NCBI GenBank assembly: GCA_035945435.1
Contig: DASZAF010000031.1
Coordinates: forward strand, 17,913 to 81,912
Reading direction: 5' to 3'
Source: Candidatus Saccharimonadales bacterium
GTDB taxonomy: Bacteria; Patescibacteriota; Saccharimonadia; Saccharimonadales; DASZAF01
Length of the DNA stretch: 64,000 nucleotides
In this document: positions 25,221 through 32,843 of the stretch, one piece after another
Layout of the letters: each line of letters begins with the position of its first letter
Numbering within the stretch: the first letter of the stretch is position 1
Translations under genes and position numbers: made by a program
The notes under the pieces: model-generated
Told to the model about the DNA's origin: nothing
The model's database searches: none
What the model saw: the letters and a program-made list of their open reading frames with translations, nothing else

Positions 25221-27818
25221 CTAGCGTCTGATCTGGAAGACCATCTCTTGGTCGTCGCCATCTCCCACCCTGTGCTGTGGCATCTGACGGTGTTGCCAGG
25301 AAGCCTCGACGGTACGAGTCTTCTTCTGAGCTGGGCGTTGTCGAGTGGTTGACTGGGCCGCTTGTGAGACCCGTCTGCCGACTGATATCTCTCTCGAGTG
25401 TAACTGGGGTCGTTTCGTATAGTCCTCTGTCAGCCGCCTCTGGGTGCTCGCTTCAACCTCTTTACGGGACCTACCATAGGCAACGCGGGCCCGTTCCATG
25501 ATATGGGCTAGATAGTCCTGGTGAATGGGTGGCAGCGTTAACACCCGTCCTGAAAATGCACTTGCCCGCTGACCATCAATAAACATCGAGACGACGAAGT
25601 GACGTTCCGGCAGTTCGGTTAACTCGCTTTCGTCGAAGTTCAGACTAAAATACTGCTTCAGCAAGCTACTGTCGTTACCGAAGAGTTTGAAGGCAATGAC
25701 GGTGTTAAAGTTACCGAAAACGGCTTCGCGAAAGACGGGCGCGACCTGCGATGGACGTGGGTTGCTGATCGTCATGTATGTACCATGAACCGCTCCTTCG
25801 GCCAGGATCTCAGCGAACGAGTCGGTGATGAAATATTGAAAGTCGTCGATGTAAACGTAGAATGGTCTCGGCATAATGCCATGGCTGTTTGCGAACCTCG
25901 ACATACTGGCGATATGCATATGAGCGATTAGGAGAGCTCCAAGAGTTGAAGCGTTCTCCTCGCCGAGCCAGTTGACGGCAAGATTGGCAGCGAAGATCTG
26001 CCCACCGTCCATGATCCGTCTGAAGTTGAAGGAGGTTTTCTCCTGGCTGACGATATTGCGGATCATCGGGTTGGAGGTAAATGCCCCCATCCTACTGATG
26101 ATCGGACCGATAGCGTCGCTTCTAAACTGGCTATCCCACGTAACAAAGTCTGTCTTCCAGAAGTTGACGACAATAGGATCGGTGACGTACTCGAGAACGT
26201 GAACCCGGAACTTCTCGTCGAATAGCATGCGACTGACGTCCAGCAGAGTGCCTCTGGGGTACTCGAGAAGTGCCAGAATCGTACAGCGAAGTATGTACTC
26301 GAGCTGTGGCTGCCAGTGGTCTTTAAGGAGCGTCTTCTTAAAGACGGCGATCAGCTCGGTTGCCATCTGGCTTTTCAGGGCCGGTTCGGTGAGATCGAAG
26401 GGGTTGAAGGCTATCGGGAATTCACTGTCTGCCACATTAAAGTAGACGACCTCGTTGATTCTTGAAGATGGGACATACCGCAGACTACTATCGACCATTC
26501 CCCCATTGGGGTCGAAGATGGCAAAGCCTTGGTTGTGGTAGAGATCTGAGAGCGCCAGAAGTTCGAGAAGCTTGGTCTTCCCCCCGCCTTTCAGGCCGGT
26601 CACGTAGATATGGTGCATTCGGTCGGATCTGTTGACGCCAAACTGAATGTCGTGCGTCTGCGAGCGTGTGATGCCGAAGAGACTGACGTGACCACCAGAT
26701 GCCTCCTCATCGTTCACTTGGGGCACTGAAGACGGCAGCTTGACTGCTTTCATATCCGCCCAGCTGATATTGGCACTGTCGACCTCTGAATATGGCAGAT
26801 GGAAGAGAGTGGCCAGCTCCTCGCTATTAAGTAAGAAGCCTCTATCTAGAAAGAAACGCGCCCGATAGGCCGCTAGCGCCTCTATATCGCCTGTAAGCGC
26901 CTTCTGACTGAAACCGTTACCATCGAGACGGTTGAACTGTTTGAACGCACCTATGACGTCCTGGAGGCGCTGTCTGGCCATATGATGATGGCGTCCAACG
27001 TAGAGTATCCGTATCTTGACCTGAAAAGCAGGTTTGGAGCTCTTCTGCTCTGCTTCAGCGATTCGGGTCTTGTCTTTCTCGGATGGCTCAGACGGTCCCT
27101 TGTGCTGGGGTGGCTCCCAGAGCGTTTTGAGCATACTCATCAGGAAGTTCATCACCTCCTCCCCACCAACGTGGGTCTCAGAGCGCAGATGATGGATGTA
27201 CTTGGCGCTTCTGCGTTCCAGGGTGTCCCCGACCGGTTTAACGAGGGTCTGTATCCAAACCTCCTCATCCTTGTCGATCTTGGATAGCGCGTTATGGAGG
27301 GCATTTAAAGGATCCTCCTCAAAACTACCGTAAGTCTTGATCGGCAGAGCGTCGTTGTGTATAAGGTTGAGTTCTGCAACTCGTACGGTCTGACCGTTCG
27401 TGCTCCTGCTGGCGTAGTCCTCATCCTGGAGGCGTAATGTTGCCTCTGGATATGCAGCTCCGATCTGGCTTTCGACGAAGCTCTGCAGATGGGCTGGGGT
27501 CCAGATCAGATAGCGAAGTTGGTCACCAACAGAGACAATTTCGAAGCTGAGGTGGTCCTGAGTACCTCCGTCGGCAACCAGCTCACGAGTGGTTCGGAGC
27601 ATGTTATGGAGGTTGGCGAAGAGCTCTTCGGCAGCTGGTCCTTCTCGCCCGTGACTTTTAGGTACCTCGAGAGCCAGCAGAACATGTTCAGTATTACTGG
27701 CGTGTTTGATTCGTCGATGGTTCTGTAGGGTCAAAAAGAGCAGGACAACAACAACTGGTAGCCAGACCCACCAGGTGCTAAGAACGCGCAGTAGCCAGTC
27801 CAGAACTTCATGTATCAT
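25221..27818 (-). CDS. VirD4/TraD/TraG-like (T4SS coupling-protein-like) P-loop ATPase, membrane anchored
   Basis: N-terminal TM WWVWLPVVVVLLFLTL. Walker A GLKGGGKT, motifs IFDPNGG and FNPFD, Walker B-like FYVYIDDFQYF. GGAGAG SD upstream of the ATG. Confidence 0.7.
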   Translation of the reverse strand: MIHEVLDWLLRVLSTWWVWLPVVVVLLFLTLQNHRRIKHASNTEHVLLALEVPKSHGREGPAAEELFANLHNMLRTTRELVADGGTQDHLSFEIVSVGDQLRYLIWTPAHLQSFVESQIGAAYPEATLRLQDEDYASRSTNGQTVRVAELNLIHNDALPIKTYGSFEEDPLNALHNALSKIDKDEEVWIQTLVKPVGDTLERRSAKYIHHLRSETHVGGEEVMNFLMSMLKTLWEPPQHKGPSEPSEKDKTRIAEAEQKSSKPAFQVKIRILYVGRHHHMARQRLQDVIGAFKQFNRLDGNGFSQKALTGDIEALAAYRARFFLDRGFLLNSEELATLFHLPYSEVDSANISWADMKAVKLPSSVPQVNDEEASGGHVSLFGITRSQTHDIQFGVNRSDRMHHIYVTGLKGGGKTKLLELLALSDLYHNQGFAIFDPNGGMVDSSLRYVPSSRINEVVYFNVADSEFPIAFNPFDLTEPALKSQMATELIAVFKKTLLKDHWQPQLEYILRCTILALLEYPRGTLLDVSRMLFDEKFRVHVLEYVTDPIVVNFWKTDFVTWDSQFRSDAIGPIISRMGAFTSNPMIRNIVSQEKTSFNFRRIMDGGQIFAANLAVNWLGEENASTLGALLIAHMHIASMSRFANSHGIMPRPFYVYIDDFQYFITDSFAEILAEGAVHGTYMTISNPRPSQVAPVFREAVFGNFNTVIAFKLFGNDSSLLKQYFSLNFDESELTELPERHFVVSMFIDGQRASAFSGRVLTLPPIHQDYLAHIMERARVAYGRSRKEVEASTQRRLTEDYTKRPQLHSREISVGRRVSQAAQSTTRQRPAQKKTRTVEASWQHRQMPQHRVGDGDDQEMVFQIRR

Positions 27819-27866
27819 GCCCTGGATCTCTCCAACTCAAACAAAGCAGCAGGTTCGGTGACGTGC

Positions 27867-28907
27867 CTACTTGGCGAGTGTGTAAGTTGCTTTGGCGACA
27901 CGCTTGAACTGCGGCTTGCCCTGGAGGTTCAGAAGGATGGTAGTCTCTTTTACTTGGCGGTGCTTAAGCACGCGACGTACGATCTCATCTCGGTGCAGGG
28001 GTTCGCCTGCCTCTTTAAGTACATCTGCAATGATATCAGCAACGGTTCCCTTTTTGTAACCCCACTCCTTGAGAGCGTAGATACCACGGCCAATCAGGAC
28101 GAAACGACCATCTTTGATCAGTTCGTTGTGAATAGCCTGAACGGTAACGTCTTTGCGCTTGAAGTCTGAGGAACGGATAGCCTTGGCGATCTCCTCGAAG
28201 TGCATCGGCTTACCAGCTTCATCCAAGATGACGTAGATCTTGTCTCGGATGTTCTTGGGATTGACGCGTGGCCAGCGGACGAGACCCCAATGGTCCTTCA
28301 GATTAGCCAGCTGCTTGCTGATACTTGCGAGGGCCCGGACGTGATCCGGGTGCTCGTGATTGAGCTTCTCGTGGAGCTGTTCGACGGTAACCGGCTGACC
28401 GTACTCTTTGATGGTTTCGACGATCTCGTCGACATACTGCTTGATCTTCTTCTCGTCGTGATGCTCAGCGATACCGACGGCATAGTAGTAGTCATCGTTC
28501 TCTTCGACGACAACCAGGTTAGGAGCCAGTGTTGCCAGGAAAGCAACATGTGCCTTGTGCCGCTCGGTTGGGTTCTCGATGATTCGAGCGGTTAGATCGC
28601 TCATGCGGGCTACTCGGCCCATCTCGTGTAGCTGTCGGATCAGGTACTTTTCGATCTGGGCGGTGTGAGGAAGGTCGCTTGCAGCAGCTATTCGGAGGCG
28701 GATCATAACTGCCTTCTCAAGCTGCCGGACACGCTCACGGGTGATACCGAGCATCTCCCCTATCTGTTCGAGGGTCTCTTTGCGGTCGTAGAGGCCAAAG
28801 CGTCGGGCAACGATCTCTCGCTCGCGTTCGCGCTCAATGACAGCCAATATATCTTTGACTGCTTGCTCAATATCAGGCTCAGTAGTTGTGGGTGTCTGCT
28901 CTTCCAT
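27867..28907 (-). CDS. DNA-binding protein: sigma-70 region-4-like HTH plus tandem HARE-HTH-like domains
   Basis: N-terminus REIVARRFGL..ETLEQIGEMLGITRERVRQLEKAVMIRLR (sigma r4). C-terminal halves IYVILDEAGKPMHFEEIAKAI...DGRFVLIGRGIYALKEWG and ADVLKEAGEPLHRDEIVRRVL. Confidence 0.7.
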   Translation of the reverse strand: MEEQTPTTTEPDIEQAVKDILAVIEREREREIVARRFGLYDRKETLEQIGEMLGITRERVRQLEKAVMIRLRIAAASDLPHTAQIEKYLIRQLHEMGRVARMSDLTARIIENPTERHKAHVAFLATLAPNLVVVEENDDYYYAVGIAEHHDEKKIKQYVDEIVETIKEYGQPVTVEQLHEKLNHEHPDHVRALASISKQLANLKDHWGLVRWPRVNPKNIRDKIYVILDEAGKPMHFEEIAKAIRSSDFKRKDVTVQAIHNELIKDGRFVLIGRGIYALKEWGYKKGTVADIIADVLKEAGEPLHRDEIVRRVLKHRQVKETTILLNLQGKPQFKRVAKATYTLAK

Positions 28908-28945
28908 CTCTAGAGGAAATTCTTTCTCTCAATAAAACTAAATTG

Positions 28946-28974
28946 ATTATAAAACATATTCCCTCCAGAGTCAA
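28946..28974 (-). promoter_or_regulatory. Sigma70-type promoter of the sigma-r4/HARE-HTH gene
   Basis: Minus strand TTGACT-N17-TATAAT, about 39 nt upstream of ATG 28907. Confidence 0.55.
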
Positions 28975-29137
28975 GAACTTTATGCATACAATTATAGCAT
29001 TTATTTTGTTACTTGCCTACAAAATCTTGGAATATAAACTAACAGGGTAGAACAGAGTGAAAATTGTCAACTTGCCTGTTGGCAAAATCACACCCACCCC
29101 TGTTTAGTGAAATGGCGAAGTGACGCTATACCTGATC

Positions 29138-31468
29138 TTATTTTTTAGATTTGGTAGTCGATTTGGCTCGTCTGCGGGTTCTCTTTTTAGGAGCAGCTTT
29201 GGCGTCTTTGAGAAGCTCAGCGGCTTCTTTTTCGGTTATCTTCTCGGGGTCGGTCTCTTTGGGGACGTGAGCGTTCTTGGTGCCGTCGGTCACGTAGGGG
29301 CCGAACCGACCTCTGAGAATCTTGATCTTGCCGAAGTCGGCGATGACCCGTTGGGCCTGAAGCTCCTCTTTGGCTTTGAGGTGCTCGAGGACGGTCTCGA
29401 GGTCAACGGTGTAAGGATCCTCGTCTTTAAGAGAGACAGTCTCCTTGCCGACTCGCGCATAGGGACCAAACCGGCCACTTGTGACGATCACATCGTCGCC
29501 TGACGGACTCTTCCCGACGGTCCGCGGCAGAACGAGTAGCTCGAGGGCCTGCTCGAGAGTGATGGTGTCGACCGATAGCTCGGGCGGAATAGAGGCAAAG
29601 TGAGGTTTCTCTTCATCCTCGCTCTCACCTGCCTGAACCATTGGCCCGAATCTACCAAGCCGAGCGGAGACGATCCTCCCTGTTTTAGGATCCTTGCCGA
29701 GTTCGCGTGTCTTGGTCGTTTCGGCGCGCGTCAGTTCTCCTGCTGCTTCTATGGTCTTATGGAACGGTCCGTAGAAGGCCTTCAGCATAGCCTCTCGTTT
29801 CTCTTTGCCGTCGGCGATCTTGTCGAACTCCTCTTCGACGTCGGCTGTAAAGTCGTAGTCGACGATCTTATCGAAGTGGTCGTTTAGGAAGCCGTTGACG
29901 ATCGATCCGCTGGCCGTTGGGATCAGCTTGCCCTTGTCTGAGCCGGTATTCTCGACTTCGGTGGTAGTTGTGACGGTGCCGTCTCTGAAGATGAGTTGTT
30001 GGAACGGCCTCTCAACCCCCTCGCTGATCCCCTTGGTAACGTATTCACGAGTCTGGATGGTCGAAATAATCGTCGCGTAGGTGCTTGGTCGGCCGATACC
30101 GAGTTCCTCGAGTTTTTTAACGAGGCTTCCTTCGGTGTAGCGGGCCGGAGGTCGGCTGAAGATCTGTCTTGAGACCGCCTCTTTCAGGCTGATCTTCTCC
30201 TTGACCTGAATCTTGGGCAGAAGCACCTCTTCTTTCTTGATGATGTCACCGTAGACCTTTAGGAAACCGTCAAATAGAACTATCTCGCCCTTGGCTTCGA
30301 AGAGTTCCTTGCGGGTTGAGATGGTGATAGTGATGGTCGTTCTCTCGAGCTGCGCAGGGGTCATCTGAGACGCCAGTGTGCGGCGGCGGATAAGGTCGTA
30401 GAGCTTCTGCTCTGTCGCATCGTCGCTGGCGTGTGTAACTTTGACGTCTACTGGGCGGATGGCCTCATGGGCCTCTTGAGCATTGATCGACTTCGTCTTA
30501 AAGACGCGGGTCTGCGAGTACTTCTGACCGTACTCTTTGGCGATGTACTCCTGCATGGCCTTGATAGCGATCGGGCTCAAATTGACTGAGTCGGTGCGCA
30601 TGTAGGTGATCTTACCGGCTTGGTAGAGCCGCTGGGCGGCAGTCATGGTCCGTTTGACCGAGTAGCCGAGGCGGCTGGCCGCTTCCTGCTGCAATGTCGA
30701 GGTCGTAAACGGCGCGTTCGGATTGCGAGTTCCCGGCGTGGTGGCGATGTCACTGATAGTAAAGGTGGCTCCTTTGAGGGCCTCCAGAAATGTCTGGGCT
30801 TTCTTCTCGGTGTCGAACTTGGTGTTGAGCTCGGCAGGCAAAGCGTCCTTGGTCTTCAGGACGAAATCGGCGGTCGTCTTATAACTGATCTCTGGTTTGA
30901 AGTCCTTGATCTCATTTTCGCGTTCTACGATCAGCCGAACGGCTGGCGACTGGACGCGTCCGGCCGAACGTCCGCCCGGGACTTTTCGTTGAACCACCGG
31001 AGAGAGCTCAAAACCGACAAGTCGGTCAAGGATACGACGAGCTTGCTGAGCGTCAACCAGATCAAAGTCGATCGTCCGGGGGTGTTCAAGGGCCTCTTCA
31101 ATAGCTGGCTTGGTAATCTCGTGAACAACGATACGTGGTGTCGTCTTGGGATCAAGACCGAGTACCTGGGTAAGATGCCAGGCTATCGCCTCTCCTTCAC
31201 GGTCACCATCAGTTGCTAGGTAAACTTTCTTGTTACCCTTGATGGCCTTCTTCAGGTCGGCGATGATGGCCTTCTTCTCGGGGTCAATCTCGTAAGTTGG
31301 CTCAAAGCCGTGGGCTATATCGATCGGGGGCTTCCCGCCCTTAGTCTTCTTGGTGGGGATGTCCCGAATATGGCCCACACTTGAGAGCACGTCGAAGTCC
31401 TTACCCAAGAACCGTTCAATCGTTTTTGCTTTTGAAGGTGACTCAACAATGATTACGTTTTTCGCCAT
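29138..31468 (-). CDS. topA: DNA topoisomerase I
   Basis: Toprim N-terminus MAKNVIIVESPSKAKTIERFLG and a TopoIA core. The C-terminal domain has three GRFGP(Y/M) repeats, no Cys, and a Lys/Arg tail. Confidence 0.95.
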   Translation of the reverse strand: MAKNVIIVESPSKAKTIERFLGKDFDVLSSVGHIRDIPTKKTKGGKPPIDIAHGFEPTYEIDPEKKAIIADLKKAIKGNKKVYLATDGDREGEAIAWHLTQVLGLDPKTTPRIVVHEITKPAIEEALEHPRTIDFDLVDAQQARRILDRLVGFELSPVVQRKVPGGRSAGRVQSPAVRLIVERENEIKDFKPEISYKTTADFVLKTKDALPAELNTKFDTEKKAQTFLEALKGATFTISDIATTPGTRNPNAPFTTSTLQQEAASRLGYSVKRTMTAAQRLYQAGKITYMRTDSVNLSPIAIKAMQEYIAKEYGQKYSQTRVFKTKSINAQEAHEAIRPVDVKVTHASDDATEQKLYDLIRRRTLASQMTPAQLERTTITITISTRKELFEAKGEIVLFDGFLKVYGDIIKKEEVLLPKIQVKEKISLKEAVSRQIFSRPPARYTEGSLVKKLEELGIGRPSTYATIISTIQTREYVTKGISEGVERPFQQLIFRDGTVTTTTEVENTGSDKGKLIPTASGSIVNGFLNDHFDKIVDYDFTADVEEEFDKIADGKEKREAMLKAFYGPFHKTIEAAGELTRAETTKTRELGKDPKTGRIVSARLGRFGPMVQAGESEDEEKPHFASIPPELSVDTITLEQALELLVLPRTVGKSPSGDDVIVTSGRFGPYARVGKETVSLKDEDPYTVDLETVLEHLKAKEELQAQRVIADFGKIKILRGRFGPYVTDGTKNAHVPKETDPEKITEKEAAELLKDAKAAPKKRTRRRAKSTTKSKK

Positions 31469-31600
31469 AAGCTTATATTAATGTACCGATTTTTGCTCAC
31501 ATTGCAATGCTGTCTCTGATAATCTTTCAAAATTAGCCTTGCAAAAAAGCAAATGCATCTTGATTTATACACATGTTAGGTGTACAAATAGCAGTAGTTA

Positions 31601-32350
31601 TTGTCTGATATGGTGCTCGTCATCACACGAGTGGTATCTAAAATGGTAACGGAGCGTGGAATGATTGCCCCCTTTCAAGAAACAGCGATGGTAAGTGACA
31701 GGCACAATGTAGCCGTGTTCTCTGTCACTGAAGCGCGAGATGTTGCCATGGGACGTGATGTGCTCCGTTGTCTGGGCGCCGGTGATACGAGCCGACTTGT
31801 CTTTAGTGAGTTGGCGACAAATGCACTCGGAAAGCCTGATGAGCTCGGTGATGCCCAACTTGCTGCAGAGCTTGCCTCTCTCGGAATCGAAGCACCCGTG
31901 CCTCCTCTGCCCAGAACGGCTACTGAAGCCTCCACTCAACTTGGCTGTCTTGTAACCGCCGATGTTATTAGGCCTCCTGCGGCCATTACGACTATGCAGG
32001 TTACCAGCCCACTTGATGAGAGGACGCTGCGACGCCTGCGTTCTGATCTTGCTGCTGCTCGGAGAGCAAAGCTCGAAAGACAGACCAGGCCTGCTGTTAA
32101 GCCTGCTGTTAAGAAAGATGACCCGGAAGCTGACAAGCGGGCTCAATTAGCCGGCGAGCAGCTTGGTCGCCGTGGCTTGAGGCTTGTCGTTGAGTTGAGT
32201 CACGAGGTGACCACCCGTGCTCTACGAGGCCCGGACGGCCAAGTGATTGGAGTTGTCATAGATGTACTAGTCTTTGACCCCGTGGACGATGAGCCCGTTG
32301 CAGCTGCTAAGAGTGCACAGACTATGATGCCGGTTCGTGTCGCAGCCTAA
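31601..32350 (+). CDS. Hypothetical protein (about 247 aa), Ala/Arg/Val-rich
   Basis: The plus-frame ORF is protein-like while the overlapping minus ORF 31598..32146 is Ser/Arg-rich antisense-type. ATG at 31610 is an alternative start. Tandem PAVKPAVK. Confidence 0.5.
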   Translation: MSDMVLVITRVVSKMVTERGMIAPFQETAMVSDRHNVAVFSVTEARDVAMGRDVLRCLGAGDTSRLVFSELATNALGKPDELGDAQLAAELASLGIEAPVPPLPRTATEASTQLGCLVTADVIRPPAAITTMQVTSPLDERTLRRLRSDLAAARRAKLERQTRPAVKPAVKKDDPEADKRAQLAGEQLGRRGLRLVVELSHEVTTRALRGPDGQVIGVVIDVLVFDPVDDEPVAAAKSAQTMMPVRVAA

Positions 32351-32479
32351 TCTACGCATTACTTACACATCTATAATGCAATCGTATCTCAGTATTACAA
32401 GTGACATTCGACTTCTGTAAAAGTGCTTAACCTTACTATATTCAATATTGAATTTGTCTAATAAATATTCAAATAGTTA

Positions 32480-32508
32480 TTGACATAAATAGAACACAGT
32501 GTTAATAT
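32480..32508 (+). promoter_or_regulatory. Sigma70-type promoter of the candidate sRNA/leader
   Basis: TTGACA-N17-TAATAT with a TGt extended -10. The palindrome AACACAGTGTT (32493-32503) lies in the spacer. Confidence 0.6.
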
Positions 32509-32514
32509 ACACGC

Positions 32515-32787
32515 GGTAAGCACGATTTAAGTTGCTTATGCACCTTATACCCCCCAATTCTAACTTATGTTAGATTGCATGCAACGTGCGCTCGACAAAG
32601 TATCCCTCCACTTATCTTGCGCGGTAGGTACCTCTTAATTGAGATGCCAAACATGCGTTGCTTGCAAACTAACCCCTTTAACCAAACGATCCTATTATAT
32701 CGAGTATGAGGTGGTCGTCATGCCCTACATGGGTGGGTTAAAGGGTCTAGAGTGCCCAGTAGTGCCCACCCCTACTGGGCACTTTTG
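32515..32787 (+). ncRNA. Candidate ~270-nt structured RNA or terminator-controlled leader (unclassified)
   Basis: Bounded by the promoter at 32480-32508 and the terminator at 32751-32787. Internal stems 32517-22/32533-38, 32560-64/32569-73 and 32576-86/32656-66 (10 of 11 bp). No match to the tmRNA, RNase P, SRP or T-box motifs I can recall. Confidence 0.4.
32751..32787 (+). terminator. Rho-independent terminator
   Basis: Perfect 12-bp stem AGTGCCCAGTAG/CTACTGGGCACT, 9-nt loop, then TTTTGATTT. Confidence 0.65.
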
Positions 32788-32843
32788 ATTTCTGACCTCA
32801 GCTGATTCTCACCAGTCGGCTATATAATGGATCCTTGTTGCAT

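Noticed and set aside
31598-32146. 182-aa minus-strand ORF
   Set aside because: Ser/Arg/His-rich composition typical of an antisense frame. The overlapping plus-strand frame is longer and more protein-like.
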